Position numbers and translations under genes: made by a program | Assembly: GCA_963665255.1 (NCBI GenBank) | Contig: OY762210.1 | Span: forward strand, 2,366,929-2,430,928 | Source: Dehalococcoidia bacterium | Lineage (GTDB): Bacteria; Chloroflexota; Dehalococcoidia; Lucifugimonadales; UBA1123 | DNA length: 64,000 bases | Direction of reading: 5' to 3' | The notes under the pieces: model-generated | Told to the model about the DNA's origin: nothing | The model's database searches: none | What the model saw: only the letters and a program-made list of their open reading frames with translations | Part shown: piece by piece, positions 1-9,165 of the stretch | How positions within the stretch are numbered: the stretch's first letter is position 1 | Layout: each line of letters begins with the position of its first letter

Positions 1-69
1 GACGCTGACGGTTCCAACCAGAAGAGGCTGACCGACAATGACGCCGACGACACCAGCCCATCCTGGTGA
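1..69 (+). CDS. 3' end of a PD40/TolB-like beta-propeller repeat protein (5' part outside window)
   Basis: Frame 1 reads DADGSNQKRLTDNDADDTSPSW then TGA at 67-69. DG..(K/R)LT....D..PSW is the PD40 repeat signature. The fragment is too short for the ORF track. Confidence 0.4.
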   Translation, partial: DADGSNQKRLTDNDADDTSPSW

Positions 70-108
70 TCGGCCACATGCGTGCAGGCTGTCCTGACCT
101 GTACGGCT

Positions 109-117
109 TGCTATTAT
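109..117 (+). promoter_or_regulatory. candidate extended -10 element TGcTATTAT upstream of the enoyl-CoA hydratase gene
   Basis: TGCTATTAT at 109-117, upstream of ATG 154 (GGAGG at 142-146). The same TGCTA(TT/GA)AT element recurs upstream of three other genes (4159, 9133, 46198). Confidence 0.35.
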
Positions 118-153
118 GAGTAAGTCAGTCTGACCATCTCCGGAGGAACCGAA

Positions 154-942
154 ATGTCCGAGCCAAGTGTCATAAGTGAGCGAGTTGGTGATGTCGGTGT
201 CCTGACACTAAACAGGCCCGATAAGATGAACGCCATTGACCGCAGCATGATTGACGATTTTCATGGTGCCGTCGATCAGGCTCATGAAGACGGTGTTCGT
301 ACCCTTCTAGTTACTGGCGCCGGACGCGGCTTCTGTGCGGGAGCGGACCTGACTCCCACTCCTGGACAGGGACACATACCTGGAACTGAGACCCTGGCGC
401 AAAGAGGGATGCCGCTCGGCTACCCTTCGCTGATGCTACAGCGGTTCCCCAGACCCACGATTGCCGCCGTGAATGGCGCTTCCGTTGGCGCTGGATTTGG
501 CCTCGCACTCGCCTGTGACATTCGGATCGCAGCCGAGAGCGCCAGGTTTTCGGCGATCTTCGCCAAGCGCGCGTTGTCGCCGGACTATGGCTGCACACAG
601 CTGCTGCCCATGGCGATCGGCATGTCGAAGGCGCTGGAGTTGATGTACTCCGGTGATATTATCGACGCGTCGGAGGCAGAGCGCATCGGACTCGTAAGTG
701 AGGTCGTGCCTGATGACGAGCTGCTGGAGCGAGCGATGGACCTGGCACAGAAGCTGGCCTCCGGCCCCTCTGTCGCGCACGGACTAACGAAGAAGCTAGC
801 CTACTCGTCCTACTCCCGGGATCTGCACGACCAGCTGTGGCATGAGGGTCTGGCCAGCCAGACAAGTGGTTCCACAGAGGATAGGGCTGAAGGCGTGCAG
901 GCCTTCCTCGAGAGACGTGAGCCTGTCTTCAAGGGGCGGTAG
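154..942 (+). CDS. enoyl-CoA hydratase/isomerase (crotonase family)
   Basis: 262-aa ORF. Crotonase signatures GAGRGFCAGADL (oxyanion hole) and AAVNGASVGAGFGLALACDIRIA. GGAGG lies 7 nt upstream of the ATG. Confidence 0.9.
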   Translation: MSEPSVISERVGDVGVLTLNRPDKMNAIDRSMIDDFHGAVDQAHEDGVRTLLVTGAGRGFCAGADLTPTPGQGHIPGTETLAQRGMPLGYPSLMLQRFPRPTIAAVNGASVGAGFGLALACDIRIAAESARFSAIFAKRALSPDYGCTQLLPMAIGMSKALELMYSGDIIDASEAERIGLVSEVVPDDELLERAMDLAQKLASGPSVAHGLTKKLAYSSYSRDLHDQLWHEGLASQTSGSTEDRAEGVQAFLERREPVFKGR

Positions 943-945
943 CAG

Positions 946-2055
946 TTACTCCTCGTTAGACACCCCGAGAAGTCGCGCCACGGCGCCTCCCAGGATCAGG
1001 TCACGCTCAACCTGCGTGAGGAAATCGCAGTGGGTCCGAATCATGTCGACGTTCTGCCTGTAGGTCCAGAAACGCATGACGATTGGCATGTCCGTCCCCC
1101 ACATGAGGCGTTCCGCACCAATGCGGCTGACGCACTTCTCTATCGCATCGCTCACCTGGAGCATCGGATAGTCCCATACCGCGCCAAGTGCGATCGGGAA
1201 TAGGAACTGAAGATGCAGGTTCGGGTGGTCGAACGGACGGAAGACATCGTCAGGAAGGTCTACTGACTCTTCAGTCATGAATGCCCGCCACTCAAGGCCG
1301 TGGGTCATGACTACCGGCACATCGGGATACCTCTCCATCCAACGAGTGAGAGTAGCTAACTCCGCTGCATAACTCTCCACTGCTGGATCCCGGCGAGGCT
1401 TCAACGAGAAGAATACGGGAATGCCCAGCTCAGCTATTCCGTCCCAGAACTGGCGAAACTCTGGCGCGTCCCACGGACCGTCATAGTTGTACAGATCTAG
1501 CTGAGGAGGCAGGAACTGAAGACCGACCAGCCCGCCGTCCCCTACGGCACTTTTGACACTTGCGAGTGAGCCTGCAGGGTCGGTGTTTGTCTTCCACTCT
1601 GGTGTGTGTGCCAACCCAAGCAGCCTGTCGGGATACTGAGCAACGCAGTCCGCTATGAATTCGTCTCCGATGCCCAGGTAGGGCGTCCGGTGCAGCAGCG
1701 CCTTTGACACGCCAGCGTAGTCCATCTCGGCCACCAGCCGGTCTGCAGGGTAGCTCATGTCGGTGACCGACGGCGGGAAGTACTGCTTGAAGTAGCGCTC
1801 ACCGTCTGCCGTCCACTCGAATCTCCCGTTCGTAGCGGCGTGGAAGTCTGACGGCTTCAGCGCGTCCAGAGATGGCCAGTTGTCGGCATCGATAAGTGCC
1901 GACGCGTCGCCCGGGGCAAGGTCGCGTGCCCTCCAAACCGGCTGATGATGGGTTGCCATTGCCTGCTGAAGATGCCGCCGGAAATCGTCGGGATCGTCGA
2001 ATCCACCGCCCCCTGCGGTTGATGGGAAGCAGTAGGCGTGGCCGTCAAATATCAT
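946..2055 (-). CDS. amidohydrolase-2 family metal-dependent hydrolase (ACMSD-like TIM barrel)
   Basis: 369 aa. N-terminal FDGHAY and C-terminal WGTDMP motifs are typical of amidohydrolase_2. AAGGAG lies upstream of the ATG at 2055. Confidence 0.75.
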   Translation of the reverse strand: MIFDGHAYCFPSTAGGGGFDDPDDFRRHLQQAMATHHQPVWRARDLAPGDASALIDADNWPSLDALKPSDFHAATNGRFEWTADGERYFKQYFPPSVTDMSYPADRLVAEMDYAGVSKALLHRTPYLGIGDEFIADCVAQYPDRLLGLAHTPEWKTNTDPAGSLASVKSAVGDGGLVGLQFLPPQLDLYNYDGPWDAPEFRQFWDGIAELGIPVFFSLKPRRDPAVESYAAELATLTRWMERYPDVPVVMTHGLEWRAFMTEESVDLPDDVFRPFDHPNLHLQFLFPIALGAVWDYPMLQVSDAIEKCVSRIGAERLMWGTDMPIVMRFWTYRQNVDMIRTHCDFLTQVERDLILGGAVARLLGVSNEE

Positions 2056-2067
2056 CGCAATGCTCCT

Positions 2068-3021
2068 TCAGAACCCCGCGGTCTTGTCGCAGACGTATAT
2101 AAAAGGCTCGTTTGCCAGGAATCTGCGCAGGTTCTCCCTGAAAATCTCCCTTCGACCCTCCCACATTTCAACAGTCAACGCGGATGAGTGAGGAGAGATA
2201 ATCACGTTGTCGAGGTCCCACCACGGGCTGTCCTCTGTCAGCGGCTCGACCTCGAAGGCATCGATACCCGCCCCGGCGATGCGCTTGTTGCTCAACACAT
2301 CGAACAGGGCGTCCTCGTCGACGATTCCCCCTCTTGAGATGATTATCAGGTGCCCGGTCGACTTCATCAACGCAAGTTGCTCTGCTCCGATCATGCCCTT
2401 CGAGTCCACCGTGTACGGCGCAGTTACAACGAACCAGTCAGACATTTGAAGCAGATCGTTCAGCCGGTCCAGTCCCCATACATCACTGACCCCGGGAGGA
2501 GCCTGAAAAGGGTCCCTGTCAACGGCATAGACTTCCATGCCGAACCCCATCGCCCTTCTCGCGACGGCTGAGCCGATGTCACCGAGAGCAAGGATGCCCA
2601 TCGTAGTGCCCTCCATCTCGATGAAGGAGCGGTCGTACTTGGCCCCATCCCAGACGTGAGCCTTCTGATCGAGGACCATTTCGTTCGTGCGATGAGCAAA
2701 TGCGAGGCACATGGAAATGACATGGTCGGCCATCGGCGCAGCGTGAGGGCCTCTTGCGTTAGTGAGAACGACGTCGCTATCGACGATCTCCGGGATTTCA
2801 GTCAGCTTGTCGATGCCAGTGCCGGGGCAATGCAACCATCGAAGATGGTCGGCAGCGAGAAACACGTCCCGATTTGGCGCACCCAGGTACGCGTCCGCGT
2901 CTTTAATCTCGCGGGCCTGATCTTCCTGCGACCTCGCAAACACGAACTCGACACTTGGGAACTCGCTCTTGAGACTTTCCTCGAATCCGTCACCAAAGAG
3001 GCTGGTCACAACTACTTTCAT
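2068..3021 (-). CDS. D-isomer-specific 2-hydroxyacid dehydrogenase, NAD-binding
   Basis: GxGxxG (GILALGDIGSAV), SRGGIVDEDAL, DAFEVEPL and ISPHSSA motifs. Start set at internal ATG 3021 (MKVVVTS...). The 23 extra codons of the track ORF have no family counterpart. Confidence 0.85.
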   Translation of the reverse strand: MKVVVTSLFGDGFEESLKSEFPSVEFVFARSQEDQAREIKDADAYLGAPNRDVFLAADHLRWLHCPGTGIDKLTEIPEIVDSDVVLTNARGPHAAPMADHVISMCLAFAHRTNEMVLDQKAHVWDGAKYDRSFIEMEGTTMGILALGDIGSAVARRAMGFGMEVYAVDRDPFQAPPGVSDVWGLDRLNDLLQMSDWFVVTAPYTVDSKGMIGAEQLALMKSTGHLIIISRGGIVDEDALFDVLSNKRIAGAGIDAFEVEPLTEDSPWWDLDNVIISPHSSALTVEMWEGRREIFRENLRRFLANEPFIYVCDKTAGF

Positions 3022-3113
3022 CTGAAACTCCCGTACCCACGTTTTGCCCGTTCGTAATCGTATTACGCAAATGCTCAACCACGCTAACACAATATGCTGA
3101 GGGTGTCTGAGAA

Positions 3114-4121
3114 CTATGTTTCTGAGAAATATCTCGCGATTTCATCTCTGGCGAATCTGGGGAAGTCAGCCAGTTTTCCTGTTTTATATAGCTTCACGTC
3201 CTGGTGCCTATCAGTAGCACTCCCGATGATCGCTGCAGGGATTCCCCCATCGTTAAGAGCTTCAACAATTGCTGCTGAATCTCCGGGGGCGACCGCCGCG
3301 AGGAGAGCCCCGGACGCGATCAGTCCCAGTGGGTCAAGCTTGAGTGCCTCGCAGATGGCGACGCATTCGGGGAGCACCGGGACTGCTTGGAAATCGACTT
3401 CAATGCCTAGTCCGGAAGCCGCCGCCAGCTCGTAAAGTCCGCCCGACAGTCCGCCCTCTGTGGGGTCATGCATGGCGTGGACCTCACCCGCGTCGAGTGC
3501 TACCCGGGCATCGCGAACGACACTGATTCCGGGATCGGTGAGTCCATCCGCCGCTGCCTCAACGGTCTCCCGACTTACACCGGCCTCAAGCAGAGCATCT
3601 GTCGCTTCTCTTGCAAGTATCGACGCGCCCTCAATCGCAATCCCCTTGGTGAGTAGCAGAGCGTCGCCAGATCGGACGCCGGAACTGAAGACCGCCCGGT
3701 CTTTGCTGACTTCACCCAGCATTGCCCCAACCGCAATCGGTCTGTCGAGTCCGTAGGTAATCTCCGTGTGCCCACCAACCAGCGTTATGCCAAGGTCTGA
3801 ACATGCCTGATTGAGCTGCTGAAAGATCTCCGTGACTCTCTGCTCATCAGTACCCTCGGGCAAAAGCAGCGTGGCGAGCAGCCACTTCGGTGTGGCTCCC
3901 ATGACAGCTATGTCATTGGCGTTCACATTTACCATGTACCATCCGATGAGGTCGGTAGCGAACGTTATCGGGTCGGTCTTGGCCACCAGGTACCGATCGC
4001 CGAAGTCGATGAGCGCAGCATCTTCACCCGCCCGGGGTCCAAGGACTACGCGGGGATCGGTAATTTCTACTTGGGCCAGGAGTCGGCCAAGTACGTCTAT
4101 TGGTAGTTTGCCTGCCTGCAC
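3114..4121 (-). CDS. AIR synthase-related (PurM-fold, HypE/ThiL-like) protein
   Basis: 335 aa. Pattern GEDAALI..LVAKTDPITF..NANDIAVMGATP..GGHTE fits the PurM superfamily. It lacks the HypE C-terminal Cys motif. GTG start at 4121. Confidence 0.65.
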   Translation of the reverse strand: MQAGKLPIDVLGRLLAQVEITDPRVVLGPRAGEDAALIDFGDRYLVAKTDPITFATDLIGWYMVNVNANDIAVMGATPKWLLATLLLPEGTDEQRVTEIFQQLNQACSDLGITLVGGHTEITYGLDRPIAVGAMLGEVSKDRAVFSSGVRSGDALLLTKGIAIEGASILAREATDALLEAGVSRETVEAAADGLTDPGISVVRDARVALDAGEVHAMHDPTEGGLSGGLYELAAASGLGIEVDFQAVPVLPECVAICEALKLDPLGLIASGALLAAVAPGDSAAIVEALNDGGIPAAIIGSATDRHQDVKLYKTGKLADFPRFARDEIARYFSET

Positions 4122-4158
4122 TTCTTCCTACCGTTTAAGTTGGAAATCTGAATCGCTG

Positions 4159-4167
4159 TGCTATTAT
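4159..4167 (+). promoter_or_regulatory. candidate extended -10 promoter TGcTATTAT for the HAD gene (near-leaderless)
   Basis: TGCTATTAT ends 9 nt before ATG 4177 and there is no SD in between. It is embedded in the 14-mer GAATCGCTGTGCTA, which is repeated at 46189-46202. Confidence 0.4.
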
Positions 4168-4176
4168 ACGACGGCC

Positions 4177-4881
4177 ATGATTCAGGCCATCTTCTTCGAC
4201 CTCTACGGTACCCTTGCAGGCTTTCAACCTGATCGATTTCAGATACAGTCGCAGGCGTGTGCGCAGTTCGGGATCGAAGTCACTCCCGACGGAATTCTCA
4301 GGGGGTACGCGCTCGCTGACGCATTTATGTCTGATCAGAACGCCGTTCAACCCGTGCGCACGTTGAGTCCCGTAGAGAGGGATGAGTTCTTCGCAGAGTA
4401 TGAGCGCAGAGTGCTGAGGGGCTGCGGTGTGGAAGTGTCGGTCCGGCAGGCAGCAGAGGTCTGGACGGCGGTCAGAGAGATCCCTTACGAAATGGCGAGA
4501 TTCGATGACGTATTACCGGCCATGGACTTACTGAAGCAACAGGGATTTACGCTCGGCCTTATCTCCAACATGAATGCGCCTGGAAACCAGCTAGCAGAAG
4601 ACATGGGACTGACTCCCTACCTGGACCTCGTTGTTACATCCGGCGAAGTGGGAATGGAAAAACCCCATCCGCAAATCTTCCATGAAGCGTTGCGGAGAGC
4701 GAGCGTCTCGGCTAGCGATGCGGCCCACATTGGTGACCAGCTTTCCTCAGACATCGACGGCGCTCGAAACGTTGGAATCCACCCGGTCCTCCTCGACCGC
4801 GACCGCAATCACACAGGCTTCAGCGAGTGTCCGAGAATCGAGACACTAATGGAGCTTCCCATGCTAATAGGTGGGCTGTAG
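4177..4881 (+). CDS. HAD-superfamily hydrolase, subfamily IA
   Basis: Motif I FFDLYGTL, motif II LGLISN, motif III EKPHPQIF and motif IV IGDQLSSDIDGA. Start set at ATG 4177. The upstream part of track ORF 3832-4881 is antisense to the neighbouring gene. Confidence 0.85.
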   Translation: MIQAIFFDLYGTLAGFQPDRFQIQSQACAQFGIEVTPDGILRGYALADAFMSDQNAVQPVRTLSPVERDEFFAEYERRVLRGCGVEVSVRQAAEVWTAVREIPYEMARFDDVLPAMDLLKQQGFTLGLISNMNAPGNQLAEDMGLTPYLDLVVTSGEVGMEKPHPQIFHEALRRASVSASDAAHIGDQLSSDIDGARNVGIHPVLLDRDRNHTGFSECPRIETLMELPMLIGGL

Positions 4882-4888
4882 GCGATAC

Positions 4889-7800
4889 TCAGTTGGCCGC
4901 CGGACTCAGGATCTGGCGCATCATCTCCTGGTTGAACTCTGCAAGTTCCTTGACGAGTTCCATCAGCGATTCCTCCCAACTCTCACTGAGCATGCCAAGA
5001 TCGAGTCGAATCTGGTTGTTGCCAATCTCAGCAGCCTTGGACAGCCGACGACGAAGCGCATTTCGTGCGCCTCCTACCTCGTGCTTCATCCTGAGCACGA
5101 TCCGTTCGCTCTCCCTGGTTATGGACTCTATCCCGGCCTTCTTGCCGGCAAGTCGTAGCTTTGCAGAATAGAGCAGCGCTTGGGCCTGCCACGGCAGTGG
5201 CCCGAACCTGTCCCTCAGCTCGTCCTCTATGGCGTCGATGGCAGCCGAGTCGTCGAGGGCAATAATCCGCTGGTAGAGACCCATTCGTGTGCGCAAGTCG
5301 GTAACGTAATCCGCGGGAAGGCTTGCTGGGATGCCAATATCCAATCCAACGCCGGGGTCAGGCTGTAGAACCTGTGAGACGGTGTCATCCGCGCCCTCCC
5401 TGACCGCGTCGGCCATCTCTTCCGGGCCCATTCCCGATAGCTCGCCCGCCTCGCGTCTGGCACGCAGGTCTTCAACGGCTTGCGAGAGCATTCGGGTGTA
5501 GAGCTCGAACCCGACGGCGTGGATGTGCCCACTCTGCTCTGCCCCAAGTATGTTCCCTGCCCCACGAATCTCAAGGTCCTTCATCGCGATCCTGAATCCG
5601 GCTCCGAGCTCAGTTGCGGCAAGCATCGCCTTGAGCCGACGTTCGGCGGTCTCGTTCAGTGCCTGAGAACGCGGGATCAGCAGGTAGGAGTAGGCGCGAC
5701 GACTGCTCCGCCCCACTCTTCCCCTGATCTGGTATAGCTGCGCCAGTCCGAACGCGTCAGCCCTGTTGACGATCAGAGTGTTCACGTTGGGTATGTCCAG
5801 GCCTGACTCGATTATCGTCGTGCACACGAGAACGTCCGACTCGCCATCGGCAAACGAACCCATTGCCTTCTCAAGTTCGCCCTCAGCCATCTGCCCATGT
5901 GCGATACCGACCCGCGCCTCAGGAACAATTCTCCGAATGTAGTCAGCGATGTAGGCGATGTTGTAGACGCGGTTGTGGAGGAAATACACCTGTCCCTGGC
6001 GGTCCAACTCACGCAGGATCGCCTCGCGAATCAGTTCGTCACTGAACTCCGACACGTACGTCTTGATCGGCAGCCGCTCTTCCGGCGGCGTCTCGATCGT
6101 GCTCATGTCACGTACGCCAGCCAGGGACATGTGCAGCGTCCGCGGTATCGGAGTTGCAGTGAGCGTCAGGACGTCGACCTCCTGCCGCATCTGCTTGAGC
6201 CTCTCCTTGTGACCAACACCAAATCGCTGTTCCTCGTCGACGATCACCAGGCCGAGGTCTTTGAACCTGACATCCTTCTGAATCAGGCGGTGAGTGCCAA
6301 TGCAGATGTCGATGTTGCCCGAAGCCAGCCGCTCAACAATGTCGCGCTGCTCTCCCCGGGAGCGGAACCGGCTCAGTACGTCAACGGTGACAGGGTACGG
6401 GCTAAGCCGCTGTGCGAAAGTCACGTAGTGCTGCTGGGCCAGCACGGTCGTTGGAACGAGCACGCCCACCTGCTTGCCCTCCATAACTGCCTTGAACGCT
6501 GCCCTCAGGGCGATTTCGGTCTTGCCGTACCCAACGTCTCCGCAGACCAGACGGTCCATCGGACGCGACTTCTCCATGTCCGACTTGACCTCTGCCAGCG
6601 TTGCGAGCTGGTCAGGTGTCTCCTCGAACGGGAACGACTCCTCAAGCTCCTGCTGCCAGGTGGAGTCCGGGCTGAAACTCAGCCCATTGACCATCTCCCT
6701 GGCTGCGTAGAGAGCAATGAGTTCGGCCGCCATCTGGCGTGTCGATCTCTCAGCCCTCGACTTCGCCCTCTTCCACTCCTGGGTACCGAGCCTCGTGAGA
6801 TGAGGGGGTGAATCGCTGGGAGCAACGTAAGGGGCAACCCGATCAAGGTGCTCCAGCGGCACGTAAAGCCGGTCCCGATTGGCGTACTCGAGCATCATGT
6901 ACTCTGGCCCGTCTTCGGCGCTGCTCGATGGCCTTCCCACGCCGGTAAACCTACCAACGCCGTGTTCGACGTGCACGACGTAGTCGCCGGGGGAGATCTC
7001 CGACAGGAACGCGTCCCAGTTCGCCCTGTTGCGTCTCACGGTGCGGCGCTGCTTGGTGACGCCGAATATCTCCGTGTCTCCAAGAACAACGAGCCTTCCA
7101 TCCGGAACAGTGAGAACGAATCCGTCTCCGAAATTCGGGCCTGAGGACTGGACGAGCATCAGATTCCCGGGATTAGGCGGCGATTCCAGCGAAGCAGTGA
7201 GCTCACTCCGAACAGAGTTCTGGGACAGTATCTCTTCAAGGCGCCTGGAGTGACTTGTGATCGCAAGAATTCGAGCGCCGTCTGAAATCAGGTTGTCCGC
7301 ATCCTCGACGAAACTCTCGATCCTGCCAATGAACGTCGGGGGTGATCCAAACGGCAGAGTGTGAATGTCGTCATATACGAGATCCCCGGCGCCCCAGTAC
7401 TGGATTTCAAGCTGAGTGGCCTGCTGAGACAATTCCGGCCGAATCTCGTTCCACTCCATGTGGAACGAAGGGAAGTTCATCGGCAGTTCGCCCCGTCGTT
7501 CCTTCGACTCCCGTAGTTCGTGGATTCGTTCCTCGTTGTCCCAGGCAGCCGAGGCGAGGTCTTCGGGCTTGATCTGAATCACCAGGGCGTCTTCGGGAAT
7601 ATAGTCGGCGAGCGATCCATGGTTGAAAAAGCCGGCGTACATATTGAGGTCGTCAACTTCGTGCCCGTCGAGCAGCTGCGAGAACTCCTCGCGTATTCGC
7701 TCCTGGTGCACCGGCGTGCAATTGGATACGTCTATCCTGGACATCTGCCGGTCGAGGTCTTCCCTTTCGACCATTGCTGGCAGCGTCTCGTGCGCCGGGA

Positions 7801-8545
7801 TGATTCTCAGCGAATCGACCATGTCGGTTGACCGCTGGCTGGACGGATCGAAGCGCCGGATGCTCTCTATCTCGTCTCCCCATAGCTCGATACGCACCGG
7901 GAAGTCGGCCCTTACCGGGAAGATGTCAATAATCCCACCGCGCCGGCTGACGAATCCAGGGCCATAGACAGCCGACTCGAAGCGGTAACCCATCCGACGC
8001 CAACCTTCCAGCACATCGTCCAGGTCGACAAGGTCGCCCACGCTGAGCGTATGTGAACTACCCTCAAATGCCCGACGGTCGAGCGTGCGCTGGGCCACCG
8101 AAGTTGCAGAGGTTACCACTACAGCATGAGGCTCGGAACTATCGATGAGCGCGTCCAGGGCACACAGCCGCTGCTGCACGGTGTCAATATCGGTGTACAG
8201 GCGCTCGAATGGCAAAGTCTCGGTCTCGGGAAACTGGTGGACCCTCTGCGGCTCCCGGACCCACGCGCTCAGACGCTCGTGAAGCCTTCGCGCCTCTTCA
8301 GGTCTGGGCACGACGATGACTGTGGGCAGGTTAACGTCTTCGAGAAGTGCGCTAACCAGGAACGGAACAGAGTCCGACAGGACCTGTGCCCTTGACCGAG
8401 AGGCTGAGCTTCCCAGTGACTCCAGAAGGCTCCTGTACTGAGGGGCAGACCTCAGAATAGGCGTCAGACGATGCAGGTTCAGATTAGTTGAATCTTCGGA
8501 ATCTATCCTGGCCTCGCCCTCGTGCCTCTCAGCAGTTGTCGTCAC
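4889..8545 (-). CDS. mfd: transcription-repair coupling factor Mfd
   Basis: CarD/TRCF domain GDYVVHVEHGVGRF, Walker A GDVGYGKTE and DEEQRFG box in a ~1220-aa protein. Track start TTG 8554 abuts the GGAGG, whereas GTG 8545 has normal spacing. Either start is possible. Confidence 0.95.
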   Translation of the reverse strand: MTTTAERHEGEARIDSEDSTNLNLHRLTPILRSAPQYRSLLESLGSSASRSRAQVLSDSVPFLVSALLEDVNLPTVIVVPRPEEARRLHERLSAWVREPQRVHQFPETETLPFERLYTDIDTVQQRLCALDALIDSSEPHAVVVTSATSVAQRTLDRRAFEGSSHTLSVGDLVDLDDVLEGWRRMGYRFESAVYGPGFVSRRGGIIDIFPVRADFPVRIELWGDEIESIRRFDPSSQRSTDMVDSLRIIPAHETLPAMVEREDLDRQMSRIDVSNCTPVHQERIREEFSQLLDGHEVDDLNMYAGFFNHGSLADYIPEDALVIQIKPEDLASAAWDNEERIHELRESKERRGELPMNFPSFHMEWNEIRPELSQQATQLEIQYWGAGDLVYDDIHTLPFGSPPTFIGRIESFVEDADNLISDGARILAITSHSRRLEEILSQNSVRSELTASLESPPNPGNLMLVQSSGPNFGDGFVLTVPDGRLVVLGDTEIFGVTKQRRTVRRNRANWDAFLSEISPGDYVVHVEHGVGRFTGVGRPSSSAEDGPEYMMLEYANRDRLYVPLEHLDRVAPYVAPSDSPPHLTRLGTQEWKRAKSRAERSTRQMAAELIALYAAREMVNGLSFSPDSTWQQELEESFPFEETPDQLATLAEVKSDMEKSRPMDRLVCGDVGYGKTEIALRAAFKAVMEGKQVGVLVPTTVLAQQHYVTFAQRLSPYPVTVDVLSRFRSRGEQRDIVERLASGNIDICIGTHRLIQKDVRFKDLGLVIVDEEQRFGVGHKERLKQMRQEVDVLTLTATPIPRTLHMSLAGVRDMSTIETPPEERLPIKTYVSEFSDELIREAILRELDRQGQVYFLHNRVYNIAYIADYIRRIVPEARVGIAHGQMAEGELEKAMGSFADGESDVLVCTTIIESGLDIPNVNTLIVNRADAFGLAQLYQIRGRVGRSSRRAYSYLLIPRSQALNETAERRLKAMLAATELGAGFRIAMKDLEIRGAGNILGAEQSGHIHAVGFELYTRMLSQAVEDLRARREAGELSGMGPEEMADAVREGADDTVSQVLQPDPGVGLDIGIPASLPADYVTDLRTRMGLYQRIIALDDSAAIDAIEDELRDRFGPLPWQAQALLYSAKLRLAGKKAGIESITRESERIVLRMKHEVGGARNALRRRLSKAAEIGNNQIRLDLGMLSESWEESLMELVKELAEFNQEMMRQILSPAAN

Positions 8546-8590
8546 CAAACTCAACCTCCCGGCTAACCGGACTTCCTAGAAACTTTAGTG

Positions 8591-8618
8591 AAACGCGAAA
8601 AAGGCGGGTACGCTCGCC
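8591..8618 (-). terminator. candidate intrinsic terminator after the metallopeptidase gene
   Basis: The minus strand reads GGCGAGCGTACCCGCC (6-bp stem including one G-U pair, tetraloop) followed by TTTTTCGCGTTT. Confidence 0.45.
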
Positions 8619-8680
8619 GGACGCCAGTGCAGCGCCACTGCGTACTCGCCATAAATGTGGCGGTGTGGACCCTAGCCCTG

Positions 8681-9046
8681 TCAGTCTATTCCTATCTCGT
8701 GAAGAGCCTCGTCGTCGATTCCGAAATGGTGGGCTACCTCGTGGATGATGGTGGCTCTGACTTCGGTCACGACCTCTTCGTCCGTACTGCAGATGCTCTC
8801 AATTGCGCGCTGGAACAGCGTAATCTTGTCTGGGAGGACCAGGTTGTAGTCGTAGCGGTCCGGAAGCGGTATGCCTTCGTAGAGGCCAAGAAGCGTCTCC
8901 TGCTCATCCAGTCCCGACCCGACCAGTTGCTCCCGGGACGCCCAGTATTCCACGACCACGTCGACGTTCTCCATGCGTTCGAGGAATACCGGTGGGAGTT
9001 CGTTTATCGCTCGTCTAACGAGCTGTTCAAACCTTCGTGTCTCCAT
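8681..9046 (-). CDS. small zinicin-like metallopeptidase family protein
   Basis: 121 aa with an HExxH zinc motif (HEVAHHFG). Size and motif fit the small DUF1025-type metallopeptidase family. Confidence 0.6.
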   Translation of the reverse strand: METRRFEQLVRRAINELPPVFLERMENVDVVVEYWASREQLVGSGLDEQETLLGLYEGIPLPDRYDYNLVLPDKITLFQRAIESICSTDEEVVTEVRATIIHEVAHHFGIDDEALHEIGID

Positions 9047-9132
9047 AGCGTTATGAGTGTACCAAAACAGGAAGGTGGTTCTTCAATACTGGAGTGACGC
9101 CTGCAACCAATTTAATCCTTCTCGATGTGCTT

Positions 9133-9141
9133 TGCTAGAAT
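9133..9141 (+). promoter_or_regulatory. candidate extended -10 element TGcTAGAAT upstream of the secreted nuclease-like gene
   Basis: TGCTAGAAT lies 25 nt upstream of ATG 9166. It is identical to the element at 46198-46206. Confidence 0.35.
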
Positions 9142-9165
9142 CCGAGACTCCAACCGTCAGCGAAA

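Noticed and set aside
4177-4881. L-2-haloacid dehalogenase assignment from the DxYGT-type motif I (FFDLYGTL)
   Set aside because: Motif IV (IGDQLSSDIDGA) and motif III (EKPHPQIF) look like generic HAD-IA phosphatase/hydrolase motifs. Without an alignment of the dehalogenase-specific Arg/Ser/Asn/Tyr residues, the specific call is unsupported.
5897-6811. 304-aa ORF antisense to mfd
   Set aside because: It lies entirely inside a well-supported gene on the opposite strand. Its composition is Arg/Leu/Val/Pro-rich with no recognisable motifs, which is typical of a spurious antisense frame in GC-rich DNA.
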